A DNA stretch of 64,000 bases from Leucoraja ocellata (lineage: Eukaryota), in NCBI GenBank assembly GCA_036785375.1, contig JAWMAR010000384.1, positions 248,001 to 312,000 of the forward strand, in the 5' to 3' direction. Both the position numbers and the translations under genes were made by a program. The stretch's first letter is position 1. Every line of letters begins with the position of its first letter. Below the pieces are notes generated by a model, which saw nothing but the letters and a program-made list of their open reading frames with translations, had not been told where the DNA came from and searched no databases. This document shows positions 22,965 to 36,452 of the stretch, piece after piece.

Positions 22965-25900
22965 GTAAGTAGAAAACCTAATCACCAGGCAGCTGCTCTT
23001 TGCATTCTGCTGATAGATTGTATGTTTACGAATATTAATTTGTTATTTCACCAGCTTCAATCGCAGAGGTTTTGTTGACTCAGAGCTCTACGTCCATCTC
23101 GACTTCTCTGGGGAAAACGGTCAAGATGACTTGTACCCTCTCGGGAGCCCAGATGAGCAGCTACTACACTAGCTGGTACTGGCAAAAGACCGGCAGCGCC
23201 CCGGTCTTGGTATGGTATGGGAGCACAAGAGCTTCTGGAATTCCAGATCGATTCACCGGTACCGTGGATGATCCGAACAATATAATGCACCTGACCATCA
23301 CCAACGTGCGAGCTGAGGATGTCGCTGATTATTACTGTGCAGTAGCAAAATCTGGTGTAATTACATTCGGGAAAGGAACCAAGCTGAATCTGAGCAGTAA
23401 GTAAAATAATAGCTATCTGAAAAACGGCATTTGACTAATCACCAGCTTTCAATTTTAACCGATTTTCAAAACGTTCAACCTCCAATTCTTGCAATAATAC
23501 GGAAGCGAATAAAACAAACCCGCAATTCGCTTTGTGAATATAAACGGAAACTGATGCCATTATAATGTATTAATACAGGGTACGTGAATAGCCTCCGGTG
23601 AGATTTAAAGAAAACGGACTGCACTTCCATTTGCGTAGCGTGACAAAAAACTTGGGGCAAATAAACAAACTAGCTCAGCGAGTTAGGCAGCATCTGTGGA
23701 GGCATTTCAGGTTGAGACCCAGTATCGTGACAAAGTCCTAACTCCAACGTGTTACGTACACAGATGGTACCTGGTCCACTCAGCTCGTCCACCAGTTTGC
23801 TTTTGTTTGCTTTAGATTGCAGCATCTGCAGTCTCCATGTTTGCGTGTTAAAATGTTGGAGCGGATCTCGGAGTCACTTATTAGATGATCCTCTTACCGA
23901 GCGTTTCAACTTTGAGAGGAGACGGGAATGGTTAAGTCTGGATGTAGCATAAGCATGTGTGATAAATTCAAAAACAAATTAGCTGTGTCAGTATCGAAGC
24001 CAAAACTGACGCACCGATGAATGTAGACAATTGTTTGATTGTTTGTTTAGCAATGTCCTGTGAGGATCTTCACCGTGAAGTTCGACGAGGAAATACATTT
24101 TGAATTGACTCCCGTGCTAAAACTCATTGTCAGCAAATACCAAAAACGTAATTATAAAACCTGTACACGTCGCATTTTATTTCACAGCAAATACTATGGT
24201 GAGCATTTTCCGATTGACGTTGCAGGGGTTGGTGTATGAAATTGTTGCAAGTCTCAACAAATAGAACATTCAAATAGAACATGCGTTGAAGCCCGTAACG
24301 TTACCTCTACGCTACACATAGTCGGCGCATGGGCTCCAACAGCGCTCTTGGGTTGAGATTTCAAATGATTCAGCGCCATCTAATAACTAAATTTATTGTA
24401 ACCTCAGTCTTGACACCGTCCCCTCCCTTCTAGAATTCCAAGCCTAGAACCGGCATCCCGGTATCTAAAACTGTCAAAGACAATAGGAAATATTTATGAT
24501 ATTGTCCCTGTTTTCAGAGTGCAGTCCCGGCCAGTGTAACTTCTCTTTGTAGTGCAACCTCCGCAACTCAGGAATTAATTTATTAATGAAGGTTGCAGTC
24601 CCTCCATTGTATCAGCACCCGTACAATTTGCAGCGGGTGCATCTGATTTCCAACTCGGCAATTACAGAAAACAATTTAAAGATTTTAAATTAAAAAATGG
24701 GTGCTTTTTCAGGAGCTTGTCAAAAGCAATCCCTTTTGGTGCGCCGGTATTAGCAGCATTTAGTGCTATTGAAACGAGGACCGCGTGAACTGTGTTTTAA
24801 GATAACAAGGGAAGGGCCGTACAATAACTGCAGATGCTTAAATCCTGAATAAAACACAAAGTGCTGGGGTCACAGTGGGTCAGTCAGCAACTGTGAAGCG
24901 AATGAACCTGTTCATTCCCTTCCAAGATGTTGCCTGATCCTCCGATTTCCTCCAGCATTTTGTGTTTTACTCAATAGAGTTTGGCGAACTGGCTTCAGCA
25001 GTCTCACTTCATTCCTTGAGAAGCCAATGGATTTTATTTAGGAGGGAATTTGCATTGATATATTACGTTTCACAACCACAGTATCCAAAGGCATTAAGGT
25101 TTTGGCCTGGATACATCTAGTGACATTTCTTTCGAACTGAAATGTCTTCTTCGGCTTGGTGTACCGATAAACATTGATTCATAATAACAGTCGTTATTTG
25201 TCGGAAAATGCATTTAATGAACTTGCACATTGAGTGACTTTAGCACCCATGACCTTGCCCATGTGTGTGTATCACGAGGACGATGAAGTTGTTTAGCAGA
25301 CTTTTGAATTTGTTCTTCCTGTGAACCGGCTGGGATCTTAGTCAATGCGAGTAGGTTGGTTGAGGCAGTGAACATCCCGACGCCCCAGCGGTAGCCTGAT
25401 ATAACTTTGGCATATCCATCAGAAATAGTGCAAAACTGTAAACAATTGAAGTGGTGAAGGAGGTGGGGGGTTAAATTGTAGCGGAAATTATCTGAATTGG
25501 TAACACTGAAATATTTTGAGTTTGGTGGCGAAACTGCAAATCTCGCTGCATATAATTTCAAGGATGGAGTGAAACGAGACCAACGCATTTCATTGTCAGA
25601 GACCCATATTCCAAAATATCTACCGAAAATCGTTGATTTATTCTTACATTTGTGAATTGTTTCCAGACCTTTGGACAAACTGTAGTAATGATCTTCTGTT
25701 GCACAGACATTTTCACGTGTTTAGATTAATTGTAAAGTAGTAATAGAAATAAAAACATAATAACTGGTGGCAGGAGTAGACTACACAATACTTCCAGTTG
25801 GCTCCGAAGATACTCAGTTCATATTAACCCTAAACGGCCTGAAAGATATTCTGTTTAAGAAAGAACTGCAGATGCTGGAAAAATCGAAGGTAGACAAAAA

Positions 25901-26674
25901 TGCTGGAGAAACACAGCGGGTGAGGCAGCATTTCTGGAGCGAAGGAATAGGTAACGTTTCGGATCGAGACCCTTCTTCAGACCTTCTTCAATCTAAAGAA
26001 GGGTCTCGACCCGAAACGTCGCATATTTCTTTCGCTCCTTAGATGCTGCTTCACCCGCTAAGTTTCTCCAGCATTTTTGTCTACCTTTGAAAGATATTCT
26101 GAATCTGTTCTCTCTGGTGCTGGGGGAAATGTTCTCGCTGCATGCAATCTTTCAAGACATCAAAGGAGTTTGCCTGTTTCGATGCGAATATCATTCATAG
26201 CTCTGAACTCCAGAGATTGCATCCCCGTCTACTGGATTTCCCCTCAAACGGCAAATGATCTATCCCTGGAACCCGGGGAAGCAAGGTTAACACTTGATTC
26301 GGAAGGTCAGCTTTAATAATTCACTATGCTGTACTTCTTTCTATTTTCCAGATCCCCAGCCTCCCGCGGTGTCAGTCCTTGGGCCATCAGAGGAAGAAAT
26401 CGCGGGAAAGGGCACCGCCACTCTGGTGTGTTTGGTGAACGGGTTCAACCCGGGCGTTGTGGACATTGAGTGGACGGTGGACGGCAGTGCGAGAAGTGAT
26501 GGCGTCGACAGAGGCCGAGCCCAGCAGGATCAGGACAACACGTTCAGTACCAGCAGTTACCTGACTCTGCCAGCCGCCTACTGGAACTCACACGAGCTTT
26601 ACTCCTGTGTGGTTAAACACGAGACTCAGACAAACCCACTGGAGACAAACATCGCCAGATCTGGTTGTGCTTGA
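22916..26674 (+). CDS. IGL: Immunoglobulin light chain, type II (lambda), cluster 2, germline-joined VJ; exons 22916-22964, 23055-23396, 26352-26674
   Basis: Intact paralog of cluster 1; CDR3 AVAKSGVIT; all splice sites conserved; AATAAA at 26711-26716. Confidence 0.93.
23055..23396 (+). CDS. IGL: IgL cluster 2 L2 + germline-joined VJ exon
   Basis: ORF 23072..23404; YYC-AVAKSGVIT-FGKG; donor at 23397. Confidence 0.95.
26352..26674 (+). CDS. IGL: IgL cluster 2 constant exon
   Basis: 323 nt as in cluster 1; three substitutions seen (two replacement). Confidence 0.95.
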
Positions 26675-29371
26675 TTCAAAAATATGATGTCTTGAATTGA
26701 TACATTTGGAAATAAAATTCACGCATAGAGATTACATGTCTGTTTTCTTTTATAGATGTTTTCAGTCACAGAAAATGCACAATGTAATTTAATATAGAGA
26801 GGAGAGCAATAATGTCTCATTTATCGCCCTGCATTGCTCGACTATTTTGTACCAAAACAATGATATCCTAAATATGCATTAATACATTAGTAAATATGCT
26901 GAGCAAAAGTTTTAACTTCAGCAAATTAACTTTACAATAGTTAGGACGGAAACGATGCAGTACACGAAGACTTTATTCGCCATGGTTTTGTTTCCAGGCC
27001 ATGGCGCCTTATTAAACGAATCCAAGTTTGTCTTTTTAAGTAAGTTTATGGAAGCGTTAATTCGCAAACACCCCATTATGTGCAGAGTCACCTTCTCAGA
27101 TTATATTTTCACGACAGTGACAATGTTGCCACTGCCGTAGTCCAGTACTCCAGTAGGGTACTCCAGTACCGTAGACTTCATTCAGACTGATTATGGAGTA
27201 CACAACTCGCCGGGAGATTAAAATCGATCAAGTAAGATGGGAAAGTTTGCACTGGTTTGTAGAGGGCCAGTGCAACAACAACCGGAGAGGGCTAGGTAAA
27301 TAAAGCAAAAGAAAATTGCTGGAGGAACTCGGGTGGTCGGAGCATCTGGTGTCAAAGAAACTGGCAATGTTTGGGGTCGAGTGCGTGCATTCGGAATGTT
27401 TGTGGAGGGGAGGGGATATAAAGAGCGAAGAGTGTGGGGTGAAACAGGGGCTGGCTGGTGAAAAGTGGGATTAGTTAAGAAGGGGCAGAAGGTGCCATGT
27501 TAAAGAGGGGGAGTGATAGAGTCGGGAGAAAGCAGCTGGTGGGTGGGTGATAGAGACTAATGTAGGGAGAGAAGCAACAATGAGAATATAGGCCGGGGGG
27601 TGGGGGGAGGGGGTGTGGATCTAGACACAGAAGGTGGAAGATAATGAGCAGAGACACGGGAGGCTGCATTTACGGAATCGGATAGTGGAGAAAGTGAGGG
27701 TTGGTGGGCACATGGAACCAGTTGAACAAGGTGTAGGAGAAGGAAAGTTGTGTAGATCTGTTTAAAAGTTCATAATTTTAATCAATTATGGAAATACACA
27801 GCCGTGTATCAAACTGGGATAGACACAAAGAGCTGTAGTAACTCAGCGGGACAGGCAGCATCTCTGGAGAGAAGGAATGGGTGACCAAGAAGGGTCTCGA
27901 CCAGAGACGTCAACCATTCATTCTCTCCAGAGATGCTGCCTGTCCCGCTGAGTTACTCCAGCTTTTTGTGTCTATCTTCGGTTTAAACAAGCATCTGCAG
28001 TTCTTCCTCACACATATTATCTCACTGGGATAGTTTACATTCGAAAGGAAGGGATAAATGAGACGGTTTTCACTGGAAATGAGATTGATAACAGGATTCA
28101 GCATTGAGATGTCACCATGATGATAAGATATGTCACTATGACGATAATAGTCACTATGACGATTAAAAAAAAAAAAACGATTCCCCAATGGGTGAGATGG
28201 TGCCCCTCAAATGAAATTGAATGAACTGTGGTCTAGCAGTTAGATCGGAAGCAGGGGGCGGGATGCAATAATCCAGGGTTTGCTCATTGGCTGGTTAAGC
28301 GGAGTTCTATTCCAGTCAGGAGAGGCGCAGATCGTAAAACGTTACGATGGGGAATAAACTGGGTGAAAACAAGAAGCAAACGGATTAAGTCAGTCAGCAA
28401 AATAATAGCATGTGGATTTGACCGTGGAGAATTAATAAATCGTCTGCGGTCCCAGGATTTTTGAGTGGGGTCCCTGTATGCTGAATGGACTTGGAAGGGC
28501 ATTTTGAACGGCCAAAACTGTCCCCGAAACGAGCTTGATAGAAGCTGATCCTTGAAAATTATGACGCGTGCGATGTGATGGTCCCCCCCCTCCCCCGCCC
28601 CCCTCCCCCCCCCAACCCCCCAGTGAGCTCCAATTTCTCAACAAACCCCAGGGTCGTGCTAATTGGCCACTGTAACTTTCAGTTAATGGAGGAGCATGAA
28701 TTGACATTGTGGGCGAATAGATCACGAGGAAATAAGAAGGAGAGCGGGATGGATTGGGTTGTTCTCTGACCTGCGAACACTCCCATCCATGTCGTTGTCA
28801 AATCTGGAATCGAAGCATGAAAATATCAAGCTGTCACCCGGATGTCCATATATGGGACCTCCCATTAATGTGGAATTATTGACATTTATTTTCAATCATT
28901 CTGCTGAGAGCTTTTGTTATTTAAGTTATTCAAGTGGAAAATGTACTTACTCCTGGCCTACTCCTGCACCTATTGTCTATTGTCTATTGTCTATTGTGGG
29001 TGACACCAAAGAAAGAGGAACTCATTATTATCGGTAGACATAAATGCTCGATTAACTCAGCGGGACAGGCAACGTTTCTGGTGAGAAGGAATGGGTGACG
29101 TTTTGGGTTAAGACCCTCCATCAGACCCTTCGTCAGCTTCATGTAAAATAACTACAAAGTGATACATTGACCACGAATGACAGTACACGCACGTTGATTG
29201 AATGTAATGAATCCAAACTTTACGAAATTAATCTACTTTAATTATTTAAGAGAAAGGAATTCTGTAGGTTAGGTAGTGAAAAACCTAGAAATTAATTGTT
29301 CAGCAATGTCATGCGTAGAGGTGTTAGAATGTGAAAATGAATCCCATCAAGATATTTCGAATTTGGTCATT

Positions 29372-31880
29372 TAATAAGGAATAGGAGTTCAATTGAGCCA
29401 TTCGGCCCATCAAGTCTACTCGACCATTCAATCGTGGCTAATCTATCACTCTCCCCTTACCCCATTCTACTACCTTCTCCCCATAACCTCTGACACCTAT
29501 GAATTTGTGCATTTATTTGGTATCAAAACATATATCAATGCATGGTTATCAAATTAATCAACATGCGCCAACGTGGATCACATTCCACCTAATTCTAAAT
29601 TTTGGGTAGCCACCAGAGAGGAAACACAGTCGTCAACTACCACAATGAACTCCCTCAATAGCAAGAATGTCCTTCCTCAAATTTGGACACCAAAACTGCA
29701 CAGGGCCCTGAACAACTGCAGAAGAACCTCTTTGTTGCTATACTCAACTCCTCTTGTGATGAAGGCCAACATGTAATTCGCTTTTCTCGCTGCCTGCTGT
29801 ACCTGCACGCTTGCTTTCACTGATTGATGAACAAGGACCCCAGATCCCATTGTACATCCCCTTTTCCCAACTTGACACCATTTAGACAATAATCTGCCTT
29901 CCTGTCATGCCACCTCACATCTATCCACATTAAACTGCATCTGCCATGCATCAGCCCACTCACCCAACCTGTCCCAGTCACTCTGCATCCTCATAGCATC
30001 CTCCTCACAGTTCACACTGCCAACCAGCTTTGTGTCATCTGCAAATTTGCTAATGATACTTTCAATCTCTTCATCTAAATCATTAATATATATTGTAAAT
30101 AGCTGCGGTCCCAGCACCTAGCCTTGCGGTACCCCACAAGTCACTGCCTACCAGTCTGAAAGGGACCCGTTAATCCCTACTCTTTGTTTCCTGCCTGCCA
30201 ACCAATTTTCTATCCATGTCAGCACCCTTCCCCCAATACCATGTGCTCTAATTTTGTCCACTAATCTCCTATGTGGGACCTTATCAAATGTTTTCTGAAA
30301 GTCCAGGTACACTACATCCACTGAATCTCCCTTGTCCATTTTCCCAGTTACATCCGCAAAAAATTCCAGAAGATTATTCAGGCATGATTTCCCCTTCGTA
30401 AATCTATGCCGACTCGGACCGATCCTGCTACTGCGATCCAAATGTGCTGCTATTTCATCTTTTATAATTGAATCCAGCATCTTCCCCACCACCGATGTCA
30501 GGCTAACTGGACTATAATTCCCTGTTTTCTCTCTTAAAAAGTGGGATAACATTAGCTACCCTCCAATCCACATGAACTGATCCTTTCTATAGAACATTGG
30601 AAAATGATCACCAATGCATCCACGATTCCTAGAGCCACTTAAGTACCCTGGGATGCAGACCCTCAGGCCCTGGGGATTTATCAGCCTTCCGTCCCACCAA
30701 CACCATTTCCTGCCTAATGTGAATTTCCTTCAGTTCCTCCGTCAGCCTGGTTCCTCTGGCCACGACGATATCAGGAAGATTGCTTGTGCCCTCCATAGTT
30801 GTTTGTGAATGACCCACTACATGGATTAATAAGGGTTAATCTACATTAGTGAAGGATCCAAAGTACCTGTTCAACTCGTCTGCCATTTCCTTGTTCCCTA
30901 TAATAAATTCGCCCTGTTCAGTCTTCAAGGGTCCAACGTTGGTCTTAACTAATTTTTCCCTCTTCACATACCTAAAGAAGCTTTTACTATCCTCCTTTAT
31001 ATTCCTGGCCAGCTTACCTTCGTACCTCATATTTTCTCTACGTATTGCCTTTTTAGTTATCTTCTGTTGCTCTTTAAAAGTTACCCAATCCTCTGGCTTC
31101 CCACTTATCTTTGCTATGTTGTACTTTTCTTTTCTTTTATACTTTCCCCGACTTCCCTTGTCAACCACGGTCGCCTCTTACTCCCCTTGGAATCTTTCTT
31201 CCTCCTTGGAATGAACTGATCCTGCACCTTCTGTATTATTACCAGAAATACCTGCCAATGTTGTTCCACTGTCATCCCTGCTAGGGTGTCTTTCCAGTCA
31301 ACTTGGCCAGCTCCTCCTTCATGGCTCCATATTCCCCTTTGTTCAACTGTAACACTGACACCTCCGATCTACCCTTCTCCCTCTCAAATTGTAGATTAAA
31401 ACGTATCATATTATGGTCACTACCTCCTAATGTCTCCTTTGCCTCGTGTTCCTTTATCAAATCCGGTTCATTACACAACATTAAATCCAAAATTGCCTTC
31501 TCCCTGGTAGGCTCCAGTACAAGCTGCTCTAAAAACCCATCAGGGAGGCACTCCACTAACTCCCTTTCTTGGGGTTCAGAACCAACCTGATTTCCCCAGT
31601 CCACCTGCATGCTGAAATCTCCCATAACAACCTTTACATTTACTGATTCTATGTCACCCCCCGCAAGGGACTGAATTTAATTCCCCACCAACAGAGCTAC
31701 CCCACTCCCTCTGCCCACCTGTCTGTTTTTCGTTAGGACGTATACAATTGAATATTCAGTTCCCAGCCCTGGTCCTCTTGCATCCATGTCTCTGTAATTC
31801 CCACAACATCATACTTGCCAATTTCTGGCTCAAGCTCATCCACTTTATTTCTTAAACTTCGCGCAATACAACACCTTGAC
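29372..31880 (-). mobile_element. Long degenerate CR1 LINE (duplicate in unit B)
   Basis: ORFs 29677-31625 carry the same motifs; boundaries approximate. Confidence 0.9.
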
Positions 31881-34788
31881 TTCGTTATCTACCTCCCCTC
31901 TCACTCCGGTCCCTATTGGCCCCGACCTTACTCTCTTTCCCTTCTCGAACATTCCTTCACATCAATTCGGGAGTCTTATGTAACTTTTCCTGTACTCACT
32001 TCCGCATTAACTCTATCTTTATACTAATTTGTCAATCCCCCCCCCCCCCCCCCCCCCCAAATTCGGCTGACTAGTTAGAACGCAACAAAAGCTTTTCACT
32101 GTACCTCGGTACACGTGACAATATACTAAACTCGAACTCCTAGTAGAGGATGCTATTGAATCAGCCGGTGCTTTTGAATGACGGAGAATTTTCAGGTGCT
32201 AAGCATCCCAAATTTGTTACAATTGTATTTTCTGAAGTATATCAGCGATTCGTGGGGTTTGTGATCATCTGATAGCTCATGGCTACCGTCGCCCCAAGCA
32301 AAGATGATCTTTTTCCCAATTAGCTTTTAATTTCAGATTTCTTGCAAGTCATTACTAATTCAAACCCGCAAACAGTGGAACATAATGTCTGAAGTAACAC
32401 ACATTTCTTATGCTATTACTTCGCGTGTGCCAGATGTGCTTACACCGGTAGGTGGTGATGTTGTAGACCTTAAACCTCCGTCTAGAAGACTATCGATTAG
32501 AAAGATAACTAAGAAATTAATATTGAATTGCTAAACTTGCTATTGTGTTGTACTGCTTACAGCCGCAAGAACGTGTAGCAATCAATAAAGGGCTATAGGC
32601 CGATTGCGAGTTTATGTACAGGGACATATCTATCCATGCACTGTATACTTGTATTTTATACTTATGCATCTTAAATATGCATGTCATGTTTTATACTTGG
32701 CAATATAACTATGTATTTTTTATCATGCCAATAAAGTTTTTTTATTGAAATTAAAATTGAAATTGATAAATGTCTTCGGAAGCCGCGCCCGTAATAAGGA
32801 CCGAGGAAAGATCTGGACTCAAAACATCACCTATTCCCTTTCTCCAGAGATGCTGCCAACCCCGCTGAGGTACTCCAGCTTTTTATGTCTTTCTTCCCTG
32901 AATACACAAGGTCGAATAGTCTTTGCACTGCAATCTTTTATAGGCTTTGTCGAATTCATGCGCTTCGATTTTTCAAATGTTTCTACCCCTTTGTATTCGG
33001 CGCGGGTGTTTGCCAGTCGACTAAAGTTCCCAGATCCGACTGGCTCAGATTGGAACAACAGCAGCAGGAGCGCCAACAACACGGGTTGTGCATGAGTCAA
33101 AGAGAGCATCACGTTAAAATCTTCGCCCTCTGTCCGAACTCACGAGAGATTGTCTATATTTCCGAAGGCCGTTGACTATCATAAATATTTATCAACTGGT
33201 AAATCAGGGCCATTCAATTAAATAAGGAAAAAAAGTGAAAGGCAAGAAATTATTATTACCGACGTAAAACAATGGTAATAATTTAAAACATTTAAAAAAT
33301 AATAAAAGCAATTTCAGATGTTGCACACCGGGACAAAAAAACAAATTGCTGGAGGATCTCAGAAGGTTTGGCAGCATCAAATAAAACAAACTACCATATT
33401 TTAACCTAACTTCCGCTCGCTTTATACGCCAGAGAATGAGCTGGCTAATCCTATACCGCCTGATCGCCGACAAGATTTCAGCGTGTGTGTGTGTGTGTAA
33501 ATGCTGTGGAATCTCGAGATCAATAGTGGTCGAGGCCCCGGACAAAATGGCTGATGGCAGGTATCAAACATTTTTATGCTTGGATTTTCACTAAAGTTCT
33601 TCAAAAAGTCCTTTAACTTAAAGCCAGAGAAGTCATGGATCAATGCTGTGTCGGAGATTAGTTTAGTTTAGATACAGCGTGGAAACAGGCCCTTAACCCC
33701 ATCGAGTCCACACCAACGATCGATTTACCTATCACAGGATATTTTCCAATGGGTACCGAGGGTTGCTTTCTATACACCATCTACCCCTCCACCTATTATC
33801 TATCATCTGCACACTTTCCCACAAAGCCTTCCATCCCCATGTCCAAATCATTAATATACAATGTGAAGAGTAGCGGCTCCAACACCAACCCTTGCGAACT
33901 CCATGAGTCACTGGCAGCCAACGAGAAAAAGCTGCATTAGTCCCACTCTTCGTCTTCAGCCATCCAGGCAACCTGCTATCCGTGCTAGTATCTGCCTATT
34001 GATACCCTGGGCTCTCATCTTCCTAAGCAGCCTAACATGTGGCACCTTATCAAAGGCTTTCTGAAAATCTATATAAGCAACATCTACTGGCTCTGCTTTG
34101 TCTGTCCTGTTATTTACTTCTTCAAATAATTCCAGCAAATTTGTCAAGCAAGATCTCCTCTTCACAAAGCCATGCTGACTTTAGCCTATTTTATCGTGAA
34201 CTTCTAAATACTCTGTAACCTCATCCTTCATAATGGACTCTAAAACCTACCAACCAAAGCCAGTTTAACCGGCCTATAGTTCCACCTATTCTGCATTGCT
34301 CCCTTGTTGTGCATGGAAACACTATGTTTGAAAATGGAGAAATTACCGATAAGGTCTTCGAGATCTCCCTTGAGCGACTGTTCTGTAAAATATAGTGTGC
34401 CATTGTTTTCATTGACTTGTTTAAATTCGGTATATTGAACACTGGGCAGTATGTTCCTTACGCACTGTGCGATATATGTATCTGCCTGTCTACTGTCTAT
34501 TTTGGCCACTGAAGCCCTTCTATTCCTCAACTGTTGCAGTCTACGCCAACCCCGGCCTTGTACATCTCAAATCTCTGCTGTATCTTCTATTCCTCTGCCT
34601 TCCTCTGAAGAAGGGTTTCGACCCGAAACGTCACCCATTCCTTCCATCCAGGGATTCTGCCTGTTCCGCTCAGTTACTCCGGCATTTTGTGTCTACCTTC
34701 CCCTATACGTTTGTTTCTCTCAGCCCTTTGCAGTGAGCGAGCTCTGCAAATATCAGTCTAGAATGAACCTCTAATTCCGTAATGCTAC

Positions 34789-34857
34789 GTCACGTGTTCA
34801 GCAATTTGCATAAATAATTAAATTCAGTGACGTTGCGATGTTTCTGAGTTCATAAGG
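34789..34857 (+). promoter_or_regulatory. Ig V promoter, cluster 3 (GTCACGTG, octamer 34804-34811, TGACGT 34828-34833, TTCATAAGG)
   Basis: Same motif series as clusters 1/2 within otherwise diverged sequence. Confidence 0.85.
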
Positions 34858-34939
34858 TGCGGACTACCAAAAGCCAAGAATCAGACTTCTGTCGATCACC
34901 AGTTGCACCTTTCGCTTGGGATCCGCACTGTCACTCGCC

Positions 34940-35417
34940 ATGGCTGAATGGATTCGGGGACTGGACCGTACTGGTGTTATTTCTTCGCAGTGAGTAAACA
35001 CGCAATTCTTAATTTTGTTGTATATTCTTACATTGCATAAATGTTTCGAAGAGCTCTGAGCATTTAATTAATTTGTATTCCGACAGCCACAGCGCGGAGG
35101 TGATAGTTACCCAGTTCCCGTCTATCTCAGCATTCCCGGGGCACACCGTCAGAATCACCTGCCCCTGTCAGAAGGCACTTTATCCTATCCGAGCTGGTAC
35201 TGGCAGAAACACGACAACACTCCAGTCTTGGTGTGGTATGGCAGCACCAGAGCTTCCGGAATACCTGATCGATTTACCGGTACCAGTGACTCGTCGAGTA
35301 ACCAAATGCATTTAACCATCACCAACCTTCAATCAACGGACGCCGCTGATTATCACTGCTTTATGTGGACCGGTAGTCGATATATCTTCGGGACGGGAAC
35401 CAAACTGAATCTGGGCA
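34940..35417 (+). pseudogene. IGL: IgL type II (lambda) cluster 3 leader (34940-34989) + germline-joined VJ (35087-35417); frameshifted as assembled
   Basis: [22 protein letters not shown], then a -1 shift at ~35163 into [15 protein letters not shown]...[23 protein letters not shown]. Leader is 50 nt instead of 49 and L2 is 10 nt instead of 11. Could be a true pseudogene or consensus indel errors. Confidence 0.8.
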
Positions 35418-35669
35418 GTAAGTATTAACAGAATGCAACCCGTCCTATGTCAATCACCAGCTTTTATTTCTTGTTTTTTTAATCTTTCCATCTCCTTTGC
35501 ATCCACGCCCATCTTTTTGATTCATCCAGTGTACAAAGCGCTGATCAATTTATCGCTGAATCTTTTCTCTTTTCAGGAAGGAAAGGCAAATATCACCCAA
35601 CTTGGTAAAATATTTAGTTCAAGTGAAAAAAACAAAAGATTAAACTATATTCACACAGAACAGGGAGCT

Positions 35670-35980
35670 GAGTAGCGCAGTGTTAGGGTTGCTGCTTTAC
35701 ACAGCCAGAGACCCGATCTTATCTACGGGCGCTGCCTCTACAGAGTTTGTAAGCTCTCCCTGCGACCTCGTAGGATTTCCCCGGGTGCTCCGGTTTCCCC
35801 CCACGTTCCAAAGACGTGCAGGTTTGCAAGTTAACGGGTTTTATCTCATTTGTCCCCAGTGTGTAGAGAATGCATGAGAAAATGGGAGAACATAGAACTG
35901 GTGATCGATAACCGCCATGCAATCGGTGGGCTGAAGGGCCAGATTCCACGCTGCAGCTGTAAATTAATCTAAACTAAACT
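35670..35980 (+). mobile_element. Degenerate copy of the same SINE in the cluster 3 J-C intron
   Basis: Colinear similarity to 48627-48941; (CTAAA)n tail. Confidence 0.7.
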
Positions 35981-36199
35981 AGTGGTTCGTGCAGCGCAAT
36001 TTTAAAATCTCTACACACATAGTGCACAAGATAATAAAAGTTGGTGAAGTTTGGAAGGAGTTCCAGAAGCCATTTAGTAAGAGGCAACCACAACTGCGAT
36101 AATTTATCTTTCAAGGCAGACAGAGGAATCCAAGGCTAACGGCGGGCAAAGGCCTGGTGGGAGATTCGGCAGCAGACAAGTTGAGACAGGAGTAGAGTA

Positions 36200-36452
36200 A
36201 GGACGTCATTTTTCACACAGAGAGTGGTGAATCTCTGGAATTCTATGCCACAGAAGGTAGTTGAGGCCAGTTCATTGGCTATATTTAAGAGTGAGTTAGA
36301 TGTGGCCCTTGTGGATAAAGGGATCAGGGGGTATGGAGAGATGGCAGGTACAGGATACTGAGTTGGATGATCAGCCATGATCATATTAAATGGCGGTGCA
36401 GGTTCGAAGGGCCGAATGGCTTACTCCTGCACCTATTTTCTATGTTTCTATG
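36200..36452 (+). mobile_element. CR1 3' end
   Basis: Matches CR1 3' UTR with TTTCTATG tail. Confidence 0.85.

Larger units (their letters stand above)
19438..34303. repeat. Tandem segmental duplication unit B (contains IgL cluster 2)
   Basis: Colinear with unit A; homology ends at GCTCCC 34303. Confidence 0.9.

Noticed and set aside
1-34303. Mosaic (gene-conversion) ancestry among the three copies of the unit tail
   Set aside because: With only three copies and no outgroup, the shared differences are equally explained by private mutations.
136-34774. Many 60-150 aa ORFs recurring two or three times
   Set aside because: Recurrence is explained by the segmental duplication and antisense CR1/SINE frames; no independent coding signal.
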